Shown: piece by piece, positions 51,020 through 64,000 of the stretch | Numbering within the stretch: the stretch's first letter is position 1 | Layout of the letters: every line of letters begins with the position of its first letter | Assembly (NCBI RefSeq): GCF_006345805.1 | Contig: NC_043013.1 | Span: 34,162,001 to 34,226,000, forward strand | Length of the DNA: 64,000 bases | Source: Octopus sinensis | Lineage: Eukaryota | Direction: 5' to 3' | Notes under the pieces: generated by a model | The model's database searches: none | What the model was told of the DNA's origin: nothing | What the model saw: the letters and a program-made list of their open reading frames with translations, nothing else | Made by a program: the position numbers and the translations under genes

Positions 51020-51358
51020 ATCATCATCATCGTTTAACGTCTGTTTTCCGTGCTAGCATGGGTTGGACAGTTCAACCGGGGTCTGGGAAACCAGGAGGCT
51101 GCACCAGGCTCCAGTCTGATCAAACAGTGTTTCTACAGCTGGATGCCCTTCCTAATGCCAACCATTCCATGAGTGCAGTGGGTGCTTTTTACGTGCCCCC
51201 AACACAGGTGCAAGGGGAGGCTGGCAGCGGCCATGATTGGTTGGTGCTTTTTATGTGCCACTGGCACAGAAGCCAGTCAAGGCGGCACTGGCATTGGCCA
51301 CGTTTGGATGGTGCTTTTTACGTGCCACCAGCACAGGTATCACAACTACAATTTCCAT
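51020..51358 (-). mobile_element. SINE-D, near full length
   Basis: (CAT)n CGTTTAACGTC..GGATGCCCTTCCTAATGCCAACC; three internal GGTGCTTTTTA(C/T)GTGCC units. Confidence 0.88.
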
Positions 51359-52794
51359 GACTGAAACAAGTAAAAGAGTGTAAGTACTGTGGCCAGTTCA
51401 TTTGGCTAAAAGTTCTGCAAGGTGGTGCTCCAGCATGGCTACTGTCTTATAACTGAAACAAACCAAAGACAGTGTTAGCCTTCATTTACAATTTTGAATA
51501 TGTTTATTTATTACTTTTATTTTTGAGATAGGTTGTGAGTGATTTACCTGCTTTTTCTTGCAGGCCTGGTGACTAGATAGCAGCTAATACATCTTCTCAT
51601 TGACTTATGATGACAATGATGATGATGATGCTGAGAATTAATATTTTATATTACAAAAAATCTTCTTGATTATACTGACAAAAAGTACATCACTCGAGTT
51701 TATATAATTCTTCAAAAATTTTTACTTCCCACATTGTTGTTTTATCTTAAATTCATGCTAGTGGGGGGTTGAATGGATCTACAAATTCATATATTTTCAT
51801 TACAAAAAAATTTCTTAAATTCAGCAAATCTTAATCACTGGGTATTTCTCCCCAAAGCAAAACCCTGAAAATAGCTTTGAATGTCAATCCTATTTTCAGC
51901 TAAGAGAGAAGCCAGACAAATGATTATTGTTTATTGCCTAAGGGCTGAACAGAACTGCTGAAAAATGATTGCTTTTAATTTTATTTCATGTTTATTCCCA
52001 TTACACACACACACACACACACATACATACATATATACACAAACAAACACATTTTTAATGTATAAGTACATATATATTTATTTATATACATAGGTGTGTT
52101 TGTAATTATACATACATATGTATGTGTGTTTGTTTATTGGAGAGAAAAGGACAGAGAGACAGAATGAGAGAGGGGAAAGAAAGTGACAGGCAGACTGACA
52201 AACAGAAAAGACAAAGAGTTAAAGGAAGAGGAAAGAATCTCAGTAAAATTGGAAATTGTTTTTAATGATATTCAAATGAAACTACATAAACAAATAAACT
52301 CATTTTTCAAAGTTTTTTTCTCCGTTTTTTTTTTTTATTTAAAGTTCTATCTATTTTATTTTTTCATTTATATTTTTCCCTCTAAATAAATCATATTTTA
52401 TTTAAAAAATTGGAAAATATGTATGAATATATATATGCACATATACATACATATATATATACACATAAATATGCATATATATACACATACATATATACAT
52501 ATATATGCACATATATACATATACACATTTATGCACACATATATATGCATACATATATATACTTACACACACACACACATATATATATATATAAGTAGAT
52601 AGATATGTAACTAAATAGAAAAATTCATATTTGTTTAAAAATACAAATGGAGAAAAATAAAATATTAATATAAGTAAAAGACAATTTGGTTATTCCAAGA
52701 CATCAGAATATGCAAATAATGGGAATAGTTAAAAATGTTCATTAACTTGTATATTGTTCTTTATTTATCCACCTTTTACCATTATTAACTGCAC

Positions 52795-52960
52795 GTAAGG
52801 CAGCAAGCTGGCAGAATCATGGGCACATTAGACATAATGCTAAGTGGCATATCTTCAGGTTCCTTATATTCTGTGTTCAAATGCCACCACCAATGTCAAT
52901 TTTAACTTTCATCCTTTTGGGGTCAACAGAATAAAGTACCAGTCAAGTACTGAAGTCGTG
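52795..52960 (+). mobile_element. SINE-B, diverged
   Basis: AAGGCAGCAAGCTGGCAGAATC..GTTCAAATGCC..TTTCATCCTTTTGGGGTC. Confidence 0.8.
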
Positions 52961-53319
52961 TTAAAATTTGAAACAACTCATTAACTATATGTGAGTGTGT
53001 GTGTACAGTTTATATATATATATATGCAAACCAAAAAGACTAATTTTGGCAGAATTTTTTATGTCACTCTACTGTCTCATCTGGAGGGGGAAAAGGCCTT
53101 GTTATGAATGTAATGAGGCCTATTCCCCTTCATATTTTGAAGAGGTTCAACCCTTTATGGACAGGAAATCCAGGGTAATCCCATAATCTGGCCCCTTCCC
53201 CATTAGAATATACACTGCTCTATATCTTAGAGTATGCTTCTTCTCCAGATTTAAGTTTTCTACAAACGATACACACACACACACACGTATGTATGTAGAT
53301 ATATTTATATATATTAGTA

Positions 53320-53457
53320 AATTGACTTTGCCTTTCATCCTTTCGGGGTTGATAAATTAAGTATCAGTTACGCACTGGGGTCAATGTAATTGACTTAATC
53401 CGTTTTCTGTCCTTGTTTGTCCCCTCTATGTTTAGCCCCTTGTGGGTAATAAAGAAA
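53320..53457 (+). mobile_element. SINE-B 3' part
   Basis: GACTTTGCCTTTCATCCTTTCGGGGTTG..GGGTAATAAAGAAA. Confidence 0.9.
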
Positions 53458-53479
53458 CATATATTTATATATATCTTAA

Positions 53480-53690
53480 TAAATCATCATCATAATTTAA
53501 TGTTCATTTTCATGCTGGCATTGGTTGGACAAGATCAAGCCATATCTAAGGCTACGTTGAGTGTCTGGTGCCAGCTTTGGCATGGTTTTTATGGCTGGAT
53601 GTCTTTCCTAACACCAATCACTTAAACAAAATGTATTGGTCTTTTGTTTCATGCCACTGGTGGTAATGAGGTTGCCAAAAAACTAGCAAA
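53480..53690 (-). mobile_element. SINE-D, diverged
   Basis: CATCATCAT..CATGCTGGCATTGGTTGGAC..GGATGTCTTTCCTAAC. Confidence 0.7.
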
Positions 53691-53845
53691 ACAAAAAGTA
53701 AGAAAGAAACGGGATGAAGAGAAAAAAAGAAATGGCCAGAAAATGGAAAAGGCTCCTTGACTAAATGGAGAGGGTTAGTATCTGAGAGAGGGTAGAGGTG
53801 ACCCCACAAAATATTGCTAGTATATATTTATCCATTTTTACAAAG

Positions 53846-53893
53846 CTGCTGATTGATGAAAGTCAGAAAGCTGAAGCTCTCCCACCAGAATAT
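53846..53893 (+). CDS. Putative 48-nt exon LLIDESQKAEALPPEY, phase 0 to 0
   Basis: ccatttttacaaag acceptor, TAT|gtaagt donor, open frame. Confidence 0.52.
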
Positions 53894-54361
53894 GTAAGTC
53901 TGAAGACAAAAACAGCAAATTTAAGAATTATGAAGTTTTCTGTCTCATACTTTACTATCTAAACCAAATCACAGGAGGCAGAAATGAAATTATGTAACAC
54001 TTATCAGTTACCTCTCAAAATCAGTTCCTTGCAATAGGACAATGATCATATATTGAAGAAAACACACACACAGGTAATTATATTTTTAGCGCTGGTACAG
54101 AAGATACACATTTTTAGGGAGGAGGGTGTTTGTTAATTGAGTAGAATAGAGAATATTACAAGTATTTGTATTCATATCTGCAAAGAAGAAAGAGCAAGAA
54201 ATTGACAGTGTTAATAGCCCTAGAAAGCTCCTACAATAAACTACAACGCATATAAAGTTGGGTACACACAAATGCACACACACAGATACATACATATACA
54301 CAGATATATAAATCTCTAGTATATGCATATAGACAGAAAGAAAAGGAAAGAAAAAGAAATA

Positions 54362-54423
<62 letters not shown>

Positions 54424-54757
54424 GATATAGATATATATAAATGAGAATGTAAGTGAATGAATGTGTTTACATATATATGTATATAAATATGTGTGTGTGT
54501 ATATATGAAAGGGAAAGAGTAAAAGAAATATATATATATATATGTGTGTGACAGCACATGTGAATGTATGTGTTTACACATGCATAGACACACACATATC
54601 ATTGTCATCCACATCATCTTATATGTAAAGCACACCTATAAAATATGAATTGAGAAAACAAGCCAGAACAGGAAGTAGAAGGAAATAAAAGTTTCTAAAA
54701 GATAGAGAGGATGGATAAAGTGAGAGACATACAGAGAGAGACATAATGAGAGATTAT

Positions 54758-54799
<42 letters not shown>

Positions 54800-55119
54800 G
54801 AAAGAGAAAGAGAAAGAGAATTACACACAGAATAATAAATAAAACAACAATAAACTGAGCTATTGAACCTGGTTGCAAAAGATGTTATCCAACAGCAATG
54901 TAAAACATTTCCGCTTCAGATTCAAGTCAACATTCAACATTATAATAGTTACAACAACAACAACAACAGCAATAATAATAATAATATTGATAAAAATTGC
55001 TAACTTCACAAAACTACAGCAAACAGCAATGAATTGTAACTAAAATAGCAAGACCTAAGCAACAGCAAAATCATAATGTTAAAAACACTTAATAAAATTT
55101 TTAATACTAACAAACAAGC

Positions 55120-55153
<34 letters not shown>

Positions 55154-55214
55154 GCAACTGCATTATTAAAAATAATATTATTAATTGTTAATGGTATTAT
55201 TATTATTACCCATA

Positions 55215-55443
55215 AGGTGGTGAATTGGCAGAATTGTTAGCATGCTGGATGAAATGCTGAGTGGTATTTCGTCTGCTGCTACATTCTGAGTTCAAATTCC
55301 ACCGAGGCCAATTTTGCTTTACATCCTTTTGGGGTTGATAAATTAAGTATTAGTTGAGTACTGGGGGGGGGGTCGATGTAATTGACTATCCCCCTCCTCC
55401 AGATTTCAGGCCATGTGCCTATAGTAGAAAGGATCATTATTAT
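55215..55443 (+). mobile_element. SINE-B variant (B2 tail), full length
   Basis: AAGGTGGTGAATTGGCAGAA..GAGTTCAAATTCC..GTAGAAAGGATCATTATT. Confidence 0.9.
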
Positions 55444-55447
55444 TATC

Positions 55448-55571
55448 AACATGGTTCTAGGCTCAGTCCCACTGCATGGCACCTTGGGCAAGTGTCTTCT
55501 ACTATAGCCTTGGGTCGACCAAAGCCTTGTGAGTGGATTTGGTAGATGGAAACCGAAAAAAGCCTGTCGTA

Positions 55572-55618
<47 letters not shown>

Positions 55619-55845
55619 TTGTGTGTGTGTATGCTTGTGTGCCTGTGTTTGTCCCCACAACATAGCTTGACAACCGATGCTGATGTGTTACGTTCCCGTA
55701 ACTTAGCAGTTCGGCAAAAGAGACTGATAGAATAAGTACTAGGCTTACAAAGAATAAGTCCTGGGGTCGATTTGCTTGACTAAAAGGCAGTGCTCCAGCA
55801 TGGCCACAGTCAAATGACTGAAACAAGTGAAAGAATAAAAGAGTG
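55448..55845 (+). mobile_element. SINE-A lacking the first part of its head
   Basis: Begins at ACATGGTTC..CAGTCCCAC directly after the SINE-B tail. Confidence 0.9.
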
Positions 55846-56985
55846 CTAAACTATGACCACTGTGCTCCATTTTACTTTTTACAAGGATCATTGCTTTAAA
55901 TATGTTAAAACTGGCTAAACTATCGTTTTTCAAAAGGATGTCCCCTTTGAATTAATTTCAAAACAATTTTATTTTTCTATGTAATGTAGTGCAATTTATG
56001 TACATTTATTTAGTGATTCTCTCACCACCCATTGAGCAACTTTGGTGAAGTCTGTGTTTTGCTGATGAGTTCAGAATAATGTAGAAACTGAAACTGATCC
56101 TATATTTGTCAAACCAATTACAATAATATTAGTCATTGAGAAATATTATTTTTCCCCATGTAATTATTTCTGGCTAGCTTGTGTATGATTCTAACATTAA
56201 ATACGTTAACACTCACTGAACTATTGTTTACTGAGTTGAGGATATCTCTGAACTGTTTATTTATTAAATAATCCTATTTTGCCAACCAATATGAAATCTT
56301 CCTTTACTCATCACTACTTCAGGAAATGCAGTAAAGTCTACTCTTAGCTAATGAAGCCATAATAAGTCTGTGACATAAGCCATGCTTCAATGATGAGAAA
56401 CATGAAGAATGTGTTGAATATCATAGAAATTTCATGAAAAGTCCATGACAGCTTGTATAATGCATGCATCACTATGCAGTTGGTCATACAAGAGAAGCAA
56501 ACTATTGGATCATATTGACCAGAAATAAGGATTCCACACAAATAAAGACTCATCTGTTGGACTTTGACGAGATAGAACGTCATTCATATCAAAGCATATA
56601 TTTTTATTGACATCGTTTTCTGTCAAGTGCCCATGCTTTCACAGGTGAGCATGGTCCAAACTAGTTTTATTTGAGCCACTAAATTCCTAGTTGTGGCAGG
56701 GAACTATTCCTCATTTGTACACATACTGCCTGAGAATAGTGTATCTATGGTTGCATGCCCTACCTAACACCAACCACATTATAGAGTGTACAGGGTCCAT
56801 TTAATCATGGCACTAGCTTTTGAAAGATTGTCATGCACTTGACAAAACAAATAAGTTCTGTTAAGCATATGTTAGTGTGTACACATGTACATGTAGACAT
56901 ACACACAATATATATATAAGAATTTTTTGTGTAATGAGATAAAAAACCAAGGCTGTGTAGATATTAGAACATTTATAGATAGAAG

Positions 56986-57037
56986 GTCTCTCAGCTGTTT
57001 CCAGGATATTTATTAATTATATCCCTTCATCAGAGAC
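56986..57037 (-). ncRNA. Minimal type-I hammerhead motif H5 (cleavage triplet mutated)
   Basis: GTCT-CTGATGA-AG-GGATAT-aattaataa-ATATCC-TG-GAAAC-AGCT-GAG-AGAC. Confidence 0.62.
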
Positions 57038-57307
57038 AGTGTGAAAGGATGGTTAAGTCATAGTTAGTTTCGATGTGATACAAAATAGAGAATGAGGTGG
57101 AGGAAAGAAAATAGATGTAAGATATGTATGGATATTGAAGTTGTAGATCAATTTTTTTTGGCAGAATGGTATATATGTAAGATTCCAATACCTTATGAGT
57201 AAAGTCCAGCCGAGTTTAAAATGGGTTCTTCCAAATATTGAGTTTATACACAATGTAAGATTCCAATGCCTTATGAGTGAGATCCTGCAGTTTTTAAACT
57301 TGGTCAT

Positions 57308-57371
<64 letters not shown>

Positions 57372-57665
57372 CTATGATCAGACTAGCTTGTATAGTGAAC
57401 TGTGAAAATACATGGCATACTACATAAGCCTGGCCAACTATTGTATTTTCAGAGACATGAAACTTATAGCAGCCAACATTTAAATCCTGTGTATACTAAA
57501 TGATTCTTATCTCTTACTGGATGAAGTACATTTTGTTGATCACACAAATAATGGAACTGCAAATCATATAAGTGAAATGAAGGTGGAGAAAATTGTAGTT
57601 GAATACCATATGTAGAGTAAAACATAGTGTTTAATAATTGAAAAGTTGTAACAATTTATAAACTA

Positions 57666-58060
57666 CTAGCAGTATCACCCGGCATTGCTCGGGTTTGTAA
57701 GGGAAATAACTATATAGGCATTTTTAGAGATGTAAAGTATAATAGCCATCTCAATATGGCTAACCACAAAGGGGGGTGTTACTGTAGCTTTTTACGTTCT
57801 GAGATTTAATAATAAATTTTTAGAGAGTTACTTCCCTTATATATGCCAAAAATGCATTAAAAATGGGAAAAATTGATGGTAAATTTTTTTGAAAATCGTA
57901 GACTCATCGTACACGCGCGCTAATACCCAGAAGGGCTCGATATGAATCACGACTATAAGATACCCGGTTTTTGTTAAACTGCACCGCAAAATGTGGGAGT
58001 AGTTAAGAATCTAAATCATAGGAGACAGACAGCACACAACCTCTCTTTTATATATAAAGA
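57666..58060 (-). mobile_element. Non-autonomous Helitron, canonical termini
   Basis: Minus strand A|TCTTTATATATAAAA .. ACCCG-agcaatgc-CGGGT hairpin .. CTAG|T; insertion between A and T with no TSD. Confidence 0.88.
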
Positions 58061-58286
58061 TAACACCATATTTTTCTTAAAACTCAATTCTGTCAATTTG
58101 TAAATAGATATACTTCAACACAAGGAAATACATATGAGCAATTTTAATTCCCAAACACACACACCCACATACATACATACATACATACATACATACATAC
58201 ATACATACATACACATTGCCTCTATTTTCTCCCCTCCCCATACCTGTACCATTCCCTCAGTGTTCTGCTTGGTCATAACCCAAAAT

Positions 58287-58391
58287 GATTCTGATGAAAG
58301 GTCATTCAATTTTTCTCAACTGACCAATGGGCCGACTGGGTTAACCAGTCACTAATAAACCTATAATGACTACTGGAAACTGCTGTAAGTC
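58287..58391 (+). ncRNA. Type-I hammerhead motif H6 with branched stem-II domain
   Basis: GATT-CTGATGA-(78 nt incl. GGTCA/TGACC and GACTGG/CCAGTC hairpins)-GAAAC-TGCT-GTA-AGTC. Confidence 0.55.
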
Positions 58392-58484
58392 AAATTCACT
58401 ACAATAAAAAAAATTTTTCATGACCATTATTTATGTCTTCTCATATGCATGTATGTATGTATATACGTATGTATGTATATATAT

Positions 58485-58559
<75 letters not shown>

Positions 58560-58890
58560 TATATATATAATCCATTTTTTGGAACAGTGTATCTTGAAGT
58601 ATATCATGCTATAAATAACAGCATGTAAGTTAGCATGTTAGTCTGAGAAATTTTGGGATAAAAAAATTCAAAGGTTGCTCATTGAACACATTGAACAGCA
58701 GATCTTGAATTCTATCCAGAAGTGTTTTATAATTCAATATTTAATTGCAATTATTTATAGCCTTATCTGCTTCGAGATCCACCATTCCCGCCAAAATATT
58801 ACTTCACATTCTCTTGAAAGTTTATAAATTCTTATGACATCAACAATATATATAACACATAAATACTTATATATATATACAGACATATAC

Positions 58891-59021
<131 letters not shown>

Positions 59022-59334
59022 GAGCAGAAACAACATAACTAAATATACAAACAAATTGCAATTGTTATTGCTTTGGCTTTTGCAGTTATTTCGAAAGAGA
59101 AGATATTTTCAATGTCTGTGCAATTGAAGTGTATATAGTTTTTATAATTAAGCTAGTGTATGTCCGGAAAACTGCTGCTGCTGCTGCTGTTAATGCTTGA
59201 AAACATTAATCATTCACTGGCATGTTATTATTGTCTTTATACCCTATATTTAATTCATAGATATATAGAGAACTGCATGAATACACACACACACACATTC
59301 ATGTAAATGTATATATGATATATATATGTTATAT

Positions 59335-59378
<44 letters not shown>

Positions 59379-60888
59379 TGTTTATATATATATATATATG
59401 TATATATATATGTATATATATGTATATATATATGTATATATATATATATGCATGTATGTATATGGGTGTGTCTATATGTGGGATAGAGACACAATGAGAG
59501 AAATGCAGAGAGTAAGGGTAAGTAGTTAGAATGATGGCGTGGGTGTGGGTGGGGGAGAGAAGAAACAAGGAGGTGAAGAGTAGACTTTACCTTCCAATAT
59601 ATTTTGTCATTCTGTCTGTCCGTATGTCCGTCCTATGTCCTACGTTGTGAGCAATGTAGAAAATGCTAAAGAAGAAATGGTATGGTGTGGGAGGCTGGGG
59701 GAGGGGGGCTAGGAAAAGAACAGTTATGAGAATGCAATGTGGGGGTTGGAGGGGTGGAAGAAGATGAAGCATTTTATGTTTAGGTGAATGAAGTGAAAGG
59801 AGCGGTGCGATGGGGGTGTAGGTGGGGGGGGGTTAGGAAATTTTATAGAATTTTATATAAGTAATGATTCCAGTTCTTCATTTACCAAAGAAGGAATGAA
59901 ATAGTCTGACATTTTTGCATTGGAAATAGATGAATTCCCTTGGTGACAAGAACGCATTCTCTTTGAACATTCCTTGTAATAAAGGGTACAAAAATAATGA
60001 CAGATGTACATGCTTGTGTGCGTGTTAGAGTATGTATATATATATATATATATAATATATATATATATATACATATATATATACATATATGTATTTATAT
60101 ATATATATTATATATATATATATTATATATATATTTATAACTGTCTCTTTTCCTCCCTCTCTATGAATATACATATGTATTAACATATAAAATTATAGAT
60201 ACGCAAACACACACTCATACATATATATGCCGTTGTACACACAGAGACATACATACAAACTGATGTATTTATATGATTATACGTATGTATTTTTTTTATT
60301 TATATGGAAGCAAATCAACACATCAACAGCCACACCTTCATACACATTCATATTTTTATACACGTACACACACACACACATATATATTTGTATATATATA
60401 CATCATCTGGATGTATTTATTTGTATATTCAACTATATAAACGAGTTTGTGTGTGTGTGTGTGTGTGTGCATGCTTATGTCAGTTTCTATGTGCGCATAT
60501 GAAACTCTAATTATGTATGTAAATATAGATGTATATTTATGGAGAAGGAAAACTGATTCAGCGACAGAATGGATGAGTTGTGGTTCACTCAAACATATGC
60601 TTCATGTACACACTCATTGATGCAGATACATACATACACACATATGCATGCATATATGTATGTATATACGGTGAATGTATGTATATATGTATGTATGGGT
60701 GTATGTATATATGTATAGAGAGTTTGTAGACTTAAGTCAAAGAAGAGGAATACAGAGGTATACATTTAATGACACAATGCCATTGCATATGTAAAACGCA
60801 TACACATGCATACCCGTTCTAATATTCACATAAATATAGATGCATACACATGCACATCATGCATAAGTACTATCATACAAACCACCCC

Positions 60889-60935
<47 letters not shown>

Positions 60936-61514
60936 CACACACACACACACACATATGTATGCATACATATACATATATATATGCCAAAATATATATGCAT
61001 ATATATACATATATACAGACACTCATGCACATGTATATACATGCATGATTAGAAGTACTTGTAACAAGAGTTTGAAAGATGATGCTAAAGGTACAGATAT
61101 TTGACGCAGTGTTTTCATTACTCTCATTCCTCATTTTTCAATGCTTGTCTACAGTTTTATTTCATTTAATGCAATATAATTTTTTTTATATGTACACACA
61201 CATACATACACACCCATGCTGTCATACATGCATGTGTATACATATAGGAATTTATCTTATATGTATCGACAGACATTTACAAACATATATAGACACACAC
61301 ACTCATGTGTAGATGCCTGTGTACATGTATGCATCATACTTTTTTTTTGTCTTTGCAACTTTACGTTCATCTATATTTCTTGCTTTTGCTTATTTTACTG
61401 GCAAAACAATTAATTTGTTTCAATGACTGGCAAATGCAGCATGGAAAAACAGAGGCGCTACCATATAAAATGAAGCAAGACAGTTTAAGAGGAACTATGC
61501 TGATGACAATGATA

Positions 61515-61553
<39 letters not shown>

Positions 61554-62059
61554 GTGGTGGGGTGGAAAGGAAGGATGGCATTGGTGATGGTGATGGTGAT
61601 GACAAGAAGAATGTCAACAAAAAACAATACAAACAACAATGTCGCAGGAATAGTTCTAATAATTTATTGTCCATTAGAACAAAGAAGAAACTTCCAGTGT
61701 TTCCACCCAAACCCCCATGTTGCACATCTGCAGAAATTTTTTTTTTAAGAATTACAATGTGCACATGTTATATATGTATGTTGTTCTGTAATGTGAGTAT
61801 GTAGGTGCAAAATGCATTATACACACTGAGATTGTGTGTGTGCATGCATTTGTGCATTTGTGTGTGTGTGAGTGTGTGTATGTGAGAGAGTATATATACA
61901 AACAAACATAGATATATAGGCATATATATATAGAGAGACATATATGTGCACAGATATATGTATGCATATTCATACACAGAAAAGAGTTGTGTAATACATA
62001 ATATATGTATATATATATACATGTGTATGTAATGCATGTATATATGTATGTATATACAT

Positions 62060-62193
62060 ATTTATGCATATATATATATATGTATACATATGTATACATC
62101 TATGTATATATATATGCATATATATAGATGTATGTATATATATATATATGTACGTGTGTGTGTATATATATATATATAATAATTATAAGTATA

Positions 62194-62228
<35 letters not shown>

Positions 62229-62370
62229 ATATAATATATATATATATATACATATGTATGTATATATATGTATGTGCATGTATATATCTATATATGAGTA
62301 TAATATATGTATGTATAATATATATATATACATATATATATGTATATATGTGTTCATGTATGTTATTCAT
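62060..62370. repeat. (AT)n-rich array (one of many across 58-64 kb)
   Basis: Direct reading. Confidence 0.95.
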
Positions 62371-63037
62371 GCAGTGAAGGGTTGGGTGCAGGTGCTATTC
62401 CTTATTCGTAACATACTTATATTAATTATGTTTATTTTCAAGCAAAATACTCTCAGATGACTTTCTACACATTTCATAGAGTTATCTCAGAAGCTTACTC
62501 ATGTAAACAATGACACACACACACCAAGATTTACACACGCACCACACACACACACACACATATTACACATACAGATATATGGAATAAGAAAAAATATCTT
62601 GAAGACTTGCATACTTTGAATGTAAATGACATCATACAACTCAGACACAGACACCTTAATACACACATTTGTACTCCCTTTTAAACATGTGTACGCACAC
62701 ACATACACACATGTACACACACACGCATGAACACACACACACACGCACGCACTCACAAACATGGCTTTATACCATGTGACAACTTTCATAATCATACAAT
62801 ATAAATGTTTCATATATTTCTTTTTGCCAAAGGGTTTTGTTTTCTCACAATAATTTCACTGAATTTTTATGAATTTTTTTTCTCAACACCAGTATGTGTG
62901 TATATACGGGTTTGCATTTGAACTTAAGCAAATGTGTGTGCGTGTGTATGTATATATACATATGTGTGTGTGTGCGTGTATGAATGTATGTATGTATGTA
63001 TGTACACACATGTATGTACACACATATGTATGTATAT

Positions 63038-63090
<53 letters not shown>

Positions 63091-63194
63091 TACAAAGAGA
63101 CAGAGAGAGTGAGAGAGAAAGAGTGAGAAGGGGAGAATGAAATTTTAGGGGTAGGATAACAAAAATGCAAAACTGAAGAAATGCAAACATGCTA

Positions 63195-63228
<34 letters not shown>

Positions 63229-63321
63229 ATGTATGTGTGGAAGAGCAAGCATTTGTGTTTATATATGTGTGCATATTAATGTATGCACAGGTCTGTGTGT
63301 GTATGAGTGTATTTGCTTGCA

Positions 63322-63353
<32 letters not shown>

Positions 63354-64000
63354 GGTGGGTGGTGTGTCTCAGTGTGTATCACTTTTAAGATGAATTGTAA
63401 CGTGTACTGGAAAGCGCATGTGTCTCTATCAATCCCCACCCAACTACCCATACAACCAATTCATACATACACATATTTCTCAAAGTGAAAGCATGGAATA
63501 TTCTTAGAGAAAGTCCCCTCCAGCACGCAATCAGGTATATAGAGAGACATAAACCGCTATATATATATATATAAATTCAATAATATATATGTATATATAT
63601 GAGTGTATGTGTGTGTATATATACATACACACACACACATATATATATATACACATACATACATATACATATTTATACATACATGTATGTATATAGATGC
63701 ATATGTGAGAGAACATGTTCATGCTTTCGTGTGTGGAGGAATGTTTCTATGTATATATATATATATATATATATATGCATGTATGCATGTCTATATAATA
63801 TATATATACATATTTACACATGCATGCATCTGTGTGTGTGTATGTGTGCATGCGTGAAATAAGCACTGTGTGGATTTTTGCATCATTATCAATATTACTC
63901 TTCTCTTGTTCTTTGTATTGTTATCATCATCATCATCATTTTCATTATTATTGTTGTTGCTGTTATCATCATTGCCATGTCTTGCTGCACTGAGCCATTG

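Noticed and set aside
56078-56120. CTGATGAG..GAAACTGAAAC as a hammerhead
   Set aside because: GAAA falls inside the only possible stem; no stem I or cleavage triplet

Overview
AT-rich, microsatellite-saturated animal genomic DNA. The repeat repertoire fits a coleoid cephalopod, most likely Octopus; this is my recognition, not a database result. Nearly all ORFs in the supplied track are translations of (AT)n, (GT)n, (AAT)n or (GAT)n and are not genes. The window holds about 45 SINE copies or fragments from four families (my working labels: three tRNA-headed - SINE-A with head GGCGCAGGAGTGGCTGTGTGG, SINE-B with head AAGGCGGCGAGCTGGCAGAA, SINE-C with head GCACGTGGCTTAGTGGTTAG - and SINE-D with an RTE-like tail AGGAAGGGCATCCAGC). 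It also holds an R4/Dong LINE 3' end embedded in (TAA)n, a canonical non-autonomous Helitron, two Helentron/HINE-like elements and several MITEs. There is a rich set of Penelope-like element (PLE) remnants: two decayed RT/GIY-YIG ORF pieces, several fold-back insertions, and seven minimal type-I hammerhead ribozyme (HHR) motifs from about six families. The most striking object is a TSD-bounded 445-bp insertion at 15.40-15.85 kb that joins a tRNA-like Pol III head to an HHR-bearing PLE-type tail, preceded by the inverted tail copy typical of PLE integration. It looks like a SINE mobilised by Penelope machinery. A few small, phase-compatible + strand exons (best supported at 49.8-53.9 kb) suggest an unidentified host gene with long introns. 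No rRNA, bona fide tRNA gene or CRISPR array is supported. Coordinates were read by eye; repeat boundaries are approximate.
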